This document shows, piece after piece, positions 1-8,905 of a stretch of DNA of 16,692 bases. The position numbers were made by a program, and so were the translations under genes. Origin of the DNA: Octopus sinensis (taxonomy: Eukaryota); the NCBI RefSeq assembly GCF_006345805.1, contig NW_021825035.1, positions 1-16,692 on the forward strand, given 5' to 3'. Positions within the stretch are counted from its first letter, which is position 1; the number at the start of each line of letters is the position of its first letter. Below the pieces are notes generated by a model. It did no database searches. It was not told the DNA's origin and saw nothing but the letters and a program-made list of their open reading frames with translations.

Positions 1-112
1 ATATATATAGCTTCAAGCAATCCGTAGTAAATATTTAAAAAACATATATTCACTACCGATAGCTTAACTAATTTCCTTTCCTACACCTCGATCCCTGGAT
101 TTTACATTTATA

Positions 113-114
<2 letters not shown>

Positions 115-165
<51 letters not shown>

Positions 166-383
166 ATGTATATGTAATGTATATGTATGTATGTATGTAT
201 GTAGTATGTATGTATGTATGTATGTATGTATGTATGTATATGCATGTATGTATGCATGTATGTATGCATGTTATGTACGTATGTATGTGTGTATATACAT
301 ATGTATATATATATACACACATATATATAAATACATACATACATACATACATACATACATACATACATACACACATACATACA
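115..383. repeat. Compound microsatellite (TA)n-(TATG)n-(CATA)n
   Basis: (TA)n 115-157, (TATG)n about 155-290 with variants, (CATA)n about 333-383, read directly. Confidence 0.95.
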
Positions 384-386
384 CGT

Positions 387-650
387 GAAGGCACATGGCC
401 AAGTGGTTAGGCTGCTGTACTCATGGTTCTTAGACCGTGGGTTCCATTCCTAGATTGGGCGGCGCGTTGTGTTCTTGAGCAAAACACTTCATTTCACGTT
501 ACTCTAGTCTCCACTTCGGGGAGGGATGTTGCCTTGCTCGCCTAGCCAGCGTGATGTTGTTATTTGAAGGCTAAAACACAGCAAATGCGCATTGTGATCA
601 GCGATGTGTAACAACATCGGATAGCCTGGTCGGTCACGTGATCGCGTGAT
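387..650 (+). mobile_element. tRNA-derived SINE with CORE-like central segment
   Basis: A box TGGCCAAGTGG 396-406, B box GGTTCCATTCC 440-450, then GCGTTGTGTTCTTGAGCAAAACACTTCATTTCACGTT (resembles CORE-type SINE domain, from recall); ends in an imperfect 8-nt tandem CACGTGAT/CGCGTGAT. Head and core are homologous to 16533-16650. Confidence 0.85.
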
Positions 651-703
651 GTACATATACATACACGCAAAATGTATATGTATAAAATGTATTTTAGGTT
701 ATA

Positions 704-769
704 GTGAGACAAATAGACCGACAGACAGATAGACAGATAGAGAGGGAAAGAGAAAAAGAGAGAGAGAGA
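704..769. repeat. (AGAC/AGAT)n and (GA)n purine-rich simple repeat
   Basis: Degenerate GACA/GATA units followed by a GA run. Confidence 0.8.
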
Positions 770-852
770 ATTTTCCTATATGTGATGTTACTGACAGAGG
801 TTTACAAATACACATACCCATTTTATAATATAACCTCCTACATACATACCTC

Positions 853-1168
853 AGAGGTCCACAGCTCTTCAATATCCTCCCGAAGGACCTGAGAGTCCTG
901 CATGGAGTGGATGTAGGTGTCTTCAAAATATAGCTGGACCTCTTCCTGTCAGGCGTCCCATGATGAACCAACTTCGCGGCAGGTGGTGCAGATGAGGGCA
1001 ACTGCATCAAACTCTCTCATGCACCAAATGCCAATTGCTAAAAAGCATTCGTGAAGTAAAATCATGTAGCAGCACCAAATGGCGGTGCCCCAGCATGGCC
1101 ACAGCTCGTGAGCTGAAACTAGATAAAATAAAATAAAATAAAAAAATAAATGAATAAATAAATAAATA
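853..1168 (+). mobile_element. 5'-truncated, decayed CR1/L2-group LINE 3' end (ORF2 C-terminus, 3' UTR, A-rich tail)
   Basis: Translation from 853: RGPQLFNILPKDLRVLHGVDVGVFKI*LDLFLSGVP, +1 frameshift at 961, DEPTSRQVVQMRATASNSLMHQMPIAKKHS* (stop 1052-1054). Resembles the GPxLFNxLP...F KxxLDxFL...PDEP...RAxxSNSL C-terminus of CR1/L2-type ORF2. 3' hairpin CAGCT-CGTG-AGCTG 1102-1115 and (TAAAA)n/(TAAA)n tail 1123-1168. Confidence 0.85.
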
Positions 1169-1625
1169 CACATGCACACTTAACTCACAAAGTATACTCG
1201 TATGCACATGCACACTTTCAATCACCCACACCTACGCTCGTGCACATGCGCACACATACACCTAGAAACGTTAATTATTTCGCCAGCTCTTCCATACATA
1301 GCACAAAACAGACATAACTCTAACGTTATGACTAACCTAGCCTTAATCAATGTGACCAAACATATTTATAATTTCCAGCTTCAATTAGACAGCAACAATT
1401 GATGAATCTCTCACGATATAGAAGACTTTCAATCTCTCAAACATTCGCACATGCGCATTCACAAACGATATTGAGGTCAGATCGATAAAATTGATGCTAC
1501 GCTCACGAAATTACTATATTCATATCTTTGATGAATCTCGCCGTTCAAAGACGACAAAAATCTTCCAAAATTCGATATTAACAAATATCCTTAGTTGATT
1601 CACACCAAAGAGTAAGACGGGAAAG

Positions 1626-1628
1626 ATA

Positions 1629-1660
<32 letters not shown>

Positions 1661-1661
1661 G

Positions 1662-1712
<51 letters not shown>

Positions 1713-1796
1713 GTAATAATAATAATAATAATAATAATAGGAGTAATAATAATGATAATAATAATAATAATAATAAAAGTAATATAATAATAATAA

Positions 1797-1835
<39 letters not shown>

Positions 1836-1867
1836 TGATAATAATAATAATAATAATGATAATAATA

Positions 1868-1906
<39 letters not shown>

Positions 1907-2094
1907 TATTAAAAGTAATAATGATAATAATAATAATAATGGTGGATATAGTAGTGATGATAATGATGATGATGATGATGATGATGTTGGTGATAGTGAT
2001 GGTGGTGGTCGTAGTGGTGGTGGAGGAGGTGATGGTGGTGGTGATCATCATCATCATCATCATCAACATAATTATCATCATCATCATCATCATC

Positions 2095-2134
<40 letters not shown>

Positions 2135-2157
2135 TAATAATAATAATGATGATGATA
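1626..2157. repeat. Compound trinucleotide tract (AAT)n-(GAT)n-(GGT)n-(CAT)n-(AAT)n
   Basis: Read directly; source of the poly-I, poly-Y, poly-M and poly-H pseudo-ORFs. Confidence 0.95.
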
Positions 2158-2247
2158 AACCAATCAATCGATACAGATTAAACGACGCTTTGCTTTCCTA
2201 TTGAATTTCTTTGCCTAAACCTAATCCTCTTATTTCCTTCATGCATG

Positions 2248-2345
2248 CCGTCACCGTCACCGTCACCATCACCATCACCGTGGCCGCCACTGCCACCGCC
2301 GCTACCACCACCACCACCACCACCACCACCACCACCACTACTACT
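2248..2345. repeat. (CACCGT)n/(CAC)n simple repeat
   Basis: CACCGT hexamers grading into (CAC)n and (TAC)n. Confidence 0.9.
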
Positions 2346-2585
2346 GGTTTCCTTCTTCTCTCCGCTTCCTGTCTCTTTCCATAAGATCCACTACTGTACG
2401 CGCTTCAACTATGTCTAACCCTTAATTTTATAATTACTTCTTGCTTTTAGTCTCCAATTATATGCCCAAGACGTTTCAAGAGATTCTTCTCCTTTCTCTG
2501 TCAATCCTCAAAGAATCTTCACCGAATCTCTTGAATGAACCCCATCACGCGCACGCGCGTAATTGTGTGCACAGATACATATAAA

Positions 2586-2587
<2 letters not shown>

Positions 2588-2671
<84 letters not shown>

Positions 2672-2830
2672 TTTATATGTATATATATATGTTATATATG
2701 TTATATGTATATATATACATATATATATATACACACACACATATATATACATATATATATATATACATATATACATACATATATATACATAGATAGATAG
2801 ATACATACACACAATACATACATACATACA

Positions 2831-2862
<32 letters not shown>

Positions 2863-2906
2863 AATATATACGCATGCACACATACACACATACATACATA
2901 TACACA
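2588..2906. repeat. (TA)n followed by degenerate (TA)/(CATA)n
   Basis: Perfect (TA)n 2588-2668, then mixed TA, CA and CATA units. Confidence 0.95.
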
Positions 2907-3239
2907 CAAGTATAAAGCTTTATTTCTAATTAATATGCAATATCTTGTGTCGAGTGCCGTAACATTCGGTACTAACTCCCAACATGGCGAATCAGCGACC
3001 CAATTTCGATTCTTGGTTGAAGTCCTACTTGATAAATAACGAGCCGGCGCTGAAATTTTTGTGAGGTCATTCTATCTGCTACAAATAGCTACGAAGTTTC
3101 ATTCAAATTACGCGCTACCGACTATATTATAACCTGTAAAACAGTCGAGATTGTCATGGCTGGTATGTCTTTGGTTACAGGCCTGTTCATACGGCAATTT
3201 GAAGTGGGAACGAATGTTAATACATCCCACATTTTACTC

Positions 3240-3279
3240 ATAATAATAATAATAATGGTGGATATAGTAGTGATGATGG

Positions 3280-3311
<32 letters not shown>

Positions 3312-3461
3312 GTGGTGTGGTGGTGGTGGTGGTGATGGTGGTGGTGGTGGTATTGGTGGTGGTGGTATTGGTGGTGGTGGTGGTGGTGGTGGTGGTGGTG
3401 GTGGTGGTGGTGGTGGTGGTATTGGTGGTGGTGGTGGTGGTATTGGTGGCGGTGGTGGTGG
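3240..3461. repeat. (AAT)n-(GAT)n-(GGT)n compound tract
   Basis: Read directly; source of the poly-P and poly-T pseudo-ORFs. Confidence 0.95.
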
Positions 3462-4202
3462 AGTAAGGCAAACTGAAGAACAACGACATAGATTCAATTT
3501 GACATGTAGAAAATAATTTTCACTCAAAAATCTGTATTCACTCAGTCACCTTAGTTCTTAGCAACTCTGGTTAGATTACGCTCTTGTAATATCGATACAT
3601 GTTTGGAGTAGCTAAAGATCAGATTCCCTCTACACTGCATGCCAATATTCAATTTTTGGTTAATTTGGCTTTCCGAATTGTCTCCCTTCGCTTTCCATAA
3701 CACGTATTGATCACTAATACTGTTTTTTCTTTTTTTTTTCTTTACTACTATTATATTCCTAATTATTTAAAGCGAATAATATGGCTCACTACTTGAAGTA
3801 TGTTAGCCTCTTTGCAATATTTAGAAATTATATTTAGTTTATCTGAGATCCATAACTTGCGCGGAATGATATTAATAAGTCGATGTTGTTTGGATAGTCT
3901 TATAATCAAAGGTATTTCAGCTAATACTGTCCCACGTTTTGTTCAGACTTAGTTTTGCTAGGACTACATTCTCCAATGTGTTCTTCATTTCTTGTTTTTA
4001 AGATGCAAAGGTGGTATTTGAAGGAGTTTCGTTTTGTTTCTAGCAGGACAAGTGACTACCAAGAAGCTCCCTCTTTTGGCTGATATTGACTAATAGGCAC
4101 TACATCAAACTATGTCGTTTCAATGGACCACTCCTTTTGCAACATTATTAGACTATTTTCCTTAAGAACAAAATCGCATAACGAAACCATTCGCACCAAA
4201 AG

Positions 4203-4212
4203 CATATATATA

Positions 4213-4260
<48 letters not shown>
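4203..4260. repeat. (TA)n-(TG)n-(TA)n microsatellite
   Basis: Read directly. Confidence 0.95.
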
Positions 4261-4263
<3 letters not shown>

Positions 4264-4478
4264 TCAAAATGTGACCACGTGTGTACCGTTGGCGATTTTT
4301 TTCCTCCGTCTTCCTTTCTCTGGATCTTTCCTTTTCTTATGTTTCTGACGAAGAGCTCCGCTCGAAACGTAAAACCCTCCTTCTTCCCTTCCTTCCTGAG
4401 CGTCCAATAATACTATATTTGTTCCACGTCCTCGCGTTGCTGTGTTTTCTCTTTGTGTTTTCATGTTTGGATTAACTT
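4261..4478 (+). mobile_element. Short non-autonomous Penelope-like (pLTR/retrozyme-type) element carrying a hammerhead motif, between (TA)n tracts
   Basis: 218-bp pyrimidine-rich segment bounded by (TA)n at 4225-4260 and 4479-4491; contains the hammerhead at 4341-4375; related to 7100-7311 (same stem II, similar sequence 3' of the ribozyme). Penelope assignment is inference from the minimal hammerhead architecture. Confidence 0.65.
4341..4375 (+). ncRNA. Minimal type I hammerhead ribozyme motif, intact core
   Basis: Stem I GTTT 4341-4344 / AAAC 4372-4375; core CTGACGA 4345-4351 plus extra A; stem II GAGC-tcc-GCTC 4353-4363; GAAA 4364-4367; palindromic ACGT 4367-4370 in place of stem III; predicted cleavage GUA after 4371. 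Confidence 0.8.
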
Positions 4479-5259
4479 TATATATATATATGGAAGGAAG
4501 AGGTGTATTCCCACGCAGAAAAAGTATAGAATTTGTTTTGGGGTTTGAAAATGCACCTGAACTTGAAAAACGTGTAGTTGTTTTTAAATAGATTTATTCA
4601 TATACGTACCAAACTAGTTTCAACAATTTTTTGTTTATCAATGGTACGAAAATATATATAAAAGAAGGGTATTCGAAAAGTTTAAAATTATGAAGTAGAA
4701 ATCGGACAAACATGTTTAAACGATCAAATAATCAAATGTTCACACAAAATTCAAAGAGTTTCACTGGGATAGATAATATCAAAGTAAATGTTCGGCGAAG
4801 AATATAATAAATGTACATTATTGGAAGTTCGGTCGTGTTGAGTTTTTATTGAATACGTGGACAAGAGAGAGAAGAAAAGGGGAAGAGAGTAAAACAGTTC
4901 GTTTTTTTTTCTTTTACAATTCTTGTCGTGCGTGTATTTCTTTTTCTCCCTTTGCGTACTGATCCCTTCGCTTTTCACGGTGTTTTTTTCACCGTGGAAT
5001 TGAAATTGCGCTGATTTTATTAAATGACATAATAATGGATCACTTACATTCAGAACTCTGAATTTTCCGATAGCGTTTTACTCATTGCTTACAATTGTTG
5101 TTCCTCAAGCTTAATGCACGTTTAATACAAGCTTAATGCAGGAGGAAACTTAGTCGGTATACTTTCACTTTTTTAGATCCTTACTTTACTGAAATAGTTT
5201 GTTGCTCACAGGTAGTAAGTCACTTTTTCAGGTCGTGATGACACTGGCAGTACACGGTA

Positions 5260-5628
5260 CAGTCCCATTACCCAAGGCTACAGATCCCTAGATATGGGTA
5301 ACTAGACTCACTGTGTTTTTAAGGCGAAGGTGTGAGTCTCTAAGTCAGATTGCTATTCGACTTCACACACTTCTGGCAACTACTGCAGTCAAAGCTGATG
5401 CCAATTGTTGATCACACCTGCGAGGCCGAAATAGGGGGTTGGGGCATCAGAGTAACCCGCAATTTCTATATCCCCAACCCAGAGTTCAAGCGTGTGTCAA
5501 TGTAAAAAGCGGGTGCAACAGTATGGTATATGGTTGTCCCCGACGGATTGAGCTGCAGCTCATATTCAGACTGAATAGTGATGCAATATTCCGTTGTCTC
5601 TCGAGACGGACGGATGCCAAAGAAAGAA
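5260..5628 (+). mobile_element. RTE-clade LINE-derived short element (5' UTR-like segment joined to decayed ORF end and 3' UTR)
   Basis: 3' end TTCCGTTGTCTCTCGAGACGGACGGATGCCA 5589-5619 with stem-loop and short (AAGA) tail resembles RTE/BovB 3' termini; 5514-5555 reads CNSMVYGCPRRIEL, a decayed version of the RTE C-terminal CxxC...CxSRIGL zinc motif; GAGTCTCTAAGTCAG...CTGGCAACTACTGCAGTCAAAGCTGATGCCAA 5334-5404 resembles RTE 5' UTR sequence as recalled. Left boundary approximate. Confidence 0.6.
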
Positions 5629-5949
5629 TTTATAATGGTGACTCATACTACTTTTCATTTATAATTATACTGCACATAGCATTTATGTTCGCTGATCTCT
5701 TTACGTTATTGACCTAACCGTAATATGTTACTGACATAATTATATCGCTTACTGACTTCCATACTGACTTCTATTGACTGCGTTTGTCTTCAGTGATAAG
5801 ACAAGCTTTGATGACTTCCATAGTTTACTAAATTAATGACAATAATTGTACCTAATACCTATAATTCATTGTGTTCAAAGTAACCATATATTCACAGTAT
5901 ATTTATTACGCATTGTTTGTGTGCGTATGTACATGCCTGCCTTTCTCTT

Positions 5950-6112
<163 letters not shown>

Positions 6113-6117
6113 TAATT

Positions 6118-6182
6118 AGGCCAGCGATTTCGGGGGTGGGGGTAAGCCAATTGCATTACCCCTCAGTGTTCAACTGGTACTT
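6118..6182 (-). mobile_element. SINE fragment, same family as the 10366-10868 copies
   Basis: Reverse complement of 6161-6182 (AAGTACCAGTTGAACACTGAGG) matches 10804-10825 at 20 of 22 positions; weaker similarity continues to about 6118. Confidence 0.8.
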
Positions 6183-7099
6183 GTACTGCCTTTTATTCAG
6201 TATAGAATTGAGCCAGTGAATTCGCTTATCTATCTGACCATATATCTAGTTATCAAAATATTTATTTATCTATTACACTTGACAGTACAAAGAAGGAGGA
6301 TACCGCTCACAGTGTCTACGTTGTTAGAAAGTATATAGAAGACCCTACTGACTTATTTGAATCTCCAGAGACCCCAGAAGAGCACTTTACACATTGAAAA
6401 TTGGAAGTTGTAGTCGATGGCGACATACATACATACGCATATGTGCACACATACATATGTTCCTGTCTGGCCGTGGTAGAGGTAGTTGATTAGCCGCAAG
6501 CTTCGACAAGGTTGTATCGATCACACAAACTTGGTAATAATCGATCACCAAAGTATCCACTACATTCGGTACCATATCGAATTAGAAATTAGAAATTCCG
6601 ATAAGATTACTGCCACTATACAACTCCTGTGTATAGCAACAAAGTTGCTAATTATGCGATAATAAATCTGTGGAAGAAGGGAATGGAATTACGTATCACG
6701 CATGTTTTAAAAGACCCCTGAACGCATTTTATGCAACTTTAAGGTGCTACATAGATGTTCAGTGTTCCTTCTTTTTGGATACTTTTCTGCCTGTCGCTTA
6801 TAAGTCCTACGGATATATATATATATATACAACACCACACCACATCACACCACCCCGCACACACTAGCACCGACCATTTCACAGTACCCACATCAGCGCA
6901 CACACTAGCATTGACCACTTCCCAGCACCTACACCATCATCCACACACAACATGCACACACGCACACGTCAATGTGACCAGCCCCCTTCCAGACGCACGC
7001 ACACGCACATACACACTCTCATATACACACGCACGCGCACCTTCGTTTTGGGATCACCACTACTTTATTATCTCCCCTTCTTCCTAGCTCTCCTGTGTG

Positions 7100-7311
7100 A
7101 CCCCTCTGTCCGGCATTCGCCATGATAGATCGCCAGCCACTGTACCTTTTTCTATTTTCTCTTCCTGATTATCTCTGTGTTCCTTTCTGTTGAAGAGCGT
7201 AGGCTCGAAACATAAAAGACTTTCTTACTTCTCGAGTGTTAAACTGATACATCTGTTTGTTGTTTATACACATGTCTCCGTCTTTTGTTTTTTTTTTTTG
7301 TAAATTCTCAC
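7100..7311 (+). mobile_element. Second hammerhead-bearing Penelope-like non-autonomous element, related to 4261-4478
   Basis: Contains hammerhead motif 7183-7218; ends directly at the (TA)n starting 7312. The left boundary is uncertain and may extend to the (TA)n at 6813-6829. Confidence 0.6.
7183..7218 (+). ncRNA. Minimal type I hammerhead motif, degenerate core
   Basis: Stem I CTTT 7183-7186 / AAAG 7215-7218; core CTGTTGA (A6 replaced by T); stem II GAGC-gtag-GCTC 7195-7206; GAAA 7207-7210; ACAT instead of ACGT; triplet AUA. Confidence 0.65.
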
Positions 7312-7325
7312 TATATATGTGTATG

Positions 7326-7392
<67 letters not shown>

Positions 7393-7397
7393 TATTA
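7312..7397. repeat. (TA)n microsatellite
   Basis: Read directly. Confidence 0.95.
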
Positions 7398-7483
7398 AAT
7401 AATAAGGGTAGAAACTGATATTAATCAATTAAAACCAGTGGCTTAGCATATTTTTAAAAAACCCGAAGATTAAAAATTGTGTT

Positions 7484-7605
7484 ACATACAAAATTAAGAG
7501 GAATGACCACTAAGTGACCAGTTCTTCGTGGTAATGACGATTTGATGTCTATGTGTAGCATATAGGGTGTCCACATTAGTGGTCATTGCTCTTAATTTTG
7601 TATGT
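7484..7605. repeat. 30-bp inverted repeat, probable Tc1/mariner-type TIR remnants or MITE
   Basis: 7484-7513 ACATACAAAATTAAGAGGAATGACCACTAA is the reverse complement of 7576-7605 with one mismatch (7501); spacer 62 bp; TATAGGGTGTCCAC at 7561-7574 resembles a Tc1/mariner terminus. Confidence 0.75.
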
Positions 7606-7998
7606 GTGTGTGTGTGCGTGTGTGTATGTGTAAGTTCTGAGAATTCTGGTGTAGAAGGTGAGTAAGCTTCGAGTAGTCTGTACAAGGTATAAAAATCAAC
7701 TTTCAGGAGCAATAGTAAGTTTATTGACGCAGAAGGTTGTAAGTTTTCCCATCCTGAAGTTTGATAAGCTGAAAAAAAGCTATTTTATAGTTTACAGTTA
7801 GCAATTAATGAGGCTGCGTATGCGAATAAAAAATCCAAATTGATGGAATGGAGTACGTAAAATCCAGGCTAGATATGGTTCCTAGATAGCAGAAACTCGG
7901 AAGTAATAATTATTCAACGAGCGGTACTCACTAGCTACTCATTAAGCCGAAGATACTTTAGTTAAATGAAGGTTACCTTGTCGTCTAGGGATCACAAG

Positions 7999-8202
7999 TT
8001 AACTCGCCCGTCCTACACGCGACAACAGCTGTTCGACGAAGGTCCACAGCTCTGAAATATCTGGACACTGCATGAGTGCGTGCAGAACGGTTTCGTCGCT
8101 CTGACCGCTTCTCGGGCAGGTCAGTCCGGTGATGGTTTTCGAACCGTGCCTGTAGCTCTTCTCTCGAACAGGTAGTGCGTCTCGATAGCATTGCCAAGCT
8201 AC
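7999..8202 (-). mobile_element. L1/Tx1-clade LINE ORF2 fragment, C-terminal zinc-knuckle (zf-RVT) region
   Basis: Minus frame starting at 8202 (not the frame in the ORF track) reads VAWQCYRDALPVREKSYRHGSKTITGLTCPRSGQSDETVLHALMQCPDISELWTFVEQLLSRVGRAS*, matching the W...ALP..EK/RL...CPxC...ETxxHxLxxC.....W pattern, with the second Cys changed to Ser. Confidence 0.85.
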
Positions 8203-8217
8203 ATATATATATATAGT

Positions 8218-8557
8218 GGAGGCGCAATGGCCTAGTGGTTAGGGCAGCGGACTCGCGGTCATAGGATCGCGGTTTCGATTCCCAGACCGGGCGTTGTGAG
8301 TGTTTATTGAGCGAAAACACCTAAAGCTCCACGAGGCTCCGGCAGGGATGGTGGTGATCCCTGCTGTACTCTTTCACCACAACTTTCTCTCACTCTTACT
8401 TCCTGTTTCTGCTGTACCTGTATCTCAAAGGGCCGACCTTATCACTCTCTGTGTCACGCTGAATATCCCGAGAACTGCGTTAAGGGTACACGTGTCTGTG
8501 GAGTGCTCAGCCACTTACACGTTAATTTCACGAGCAGGCTGTTCCGTTGACGGAGTG
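8218..8557 (+). mobile_element. Near full-length tRNA-derived SINE
   Basis: A box TGGCCTAGTGG 8228-8238, B box GGTTTCGATTCC 8271-8282, CORE-like GCGTTGTGAGTGTTTATTGAGCGAAAACACC, CpG-rich body; short TA runs on both sides. Confidence 0.85.
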
Positions 8558-8851
8558 TTTCCATATATATAAACTTATCCTGGTAATAATTTAGCATCTA
8601 TACATACATGAATGCTTTAAAAATCAACAAGAAATCATTGTAAAAGGCAAGGAAAGCCAAAGAAGGGTTTGTTTTGCTGTTGTTTTTTTTTAATTTTATT
8701 TTTATATGAAAGGATGGTTAATGATTTATTGGTTACCTCTTATTACTTTACTTTATGTATCTTTAAATCTATGAATTGTTTTCGCCCACTTTTTTTTAGT
8801 GTTATTTTTTAACGACAAACCCAAACTACAACCATTTCATCTCTATTTCAG

Positions 8852-8905
8852 GTACGCTGCCCAACTAATCTCCGCCATATTGGACTATAAAACTATCGTC
8901 GATTC
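8852..8905 (+). CDS. ChAT: Internal 54-nt coding exon of a choline/carnitine O-acyltransferase family gene, most similar to choline O-acetyltransferase (carnitine acetyltransferase not excluded)
   Basis: Acceptor CATTTCATCTCTATTTCAG (AG 8850-8851) with no other AG from 8800 and a TTAAC branch-like motif at 8809-8813; donor GTAAGT at 8906-8911. Phase 2-2 exon: g|TAC...GAT|tc = [R]YAAQLISAILDYKTIVD[S], aligning with vertebrate ChAT RFAASLISGVLSYKALLDS and CrAT RFAAKLIEGVLDFKVMIDN. As recalled, human CHAT and CRAT have a 54-nt exon at this position. Family call is strong; paralogue call is moderate. Confidence 0.8.

Noticed and set aside
2984-3064. Small ORF MANQRPNFDSWLKSYLINNEPALKFL with faint likeness to ChAT WLNDMYLNNRLAL and a YY1-like CAACATGGCG
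   Set aside because: Lacks the conserved PVNSSP, ends in a stop, and has no splice donor in the required place.
68-3527. Many ORFs of poly-I, poly-Y, poly-M, poly-P, poly-T and YVCM/HTYI repeats (also near 10916-11440, 12797-13523, 14808-16024)
   Set aside because: All are translations of microsatellites.
4973-5140. Hairpin CACGGTG-T7-CACCGTG (4976-4996) and 13-bp direct repeat CAAGCTTAATGCA (5106-5118, 5128-5140)
   Set aside because: Short isolated features expected from slippage or chance; bacterial terminator logic does not apply here.
5418-5432. CTGCGAGGCCGAAAT as a hammerhead core
   Set aside because: Core lacks A6, stem II has no loop, and no stem I or proper cleavage context follows.
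6286-6397. Possible terminal exon after TTGACAG reading TKKEDTAHSVYVVRKYIEDPTDLFESPETPEEHFTH*
   Set aside because: Only 36 codons, weak pyrimidine tract, no recognisable homology, and a stop here conflicts with the downstream acyltransferase exon.
7707-7730. TTTCAG-GAGCAATA-GTAAGT as an 8-nt microexon
   Set aside because: Would shift the frame, has a short pyrimidine tract and fits no expected acyltransferase residues.
7985-8320. Supplied 111-aa minus ORF
   Set aside because: Wrong frame; the meaningful Tx1/L1 peptide is in the adjacent minus frame, and the ORF start lies in a SINE.
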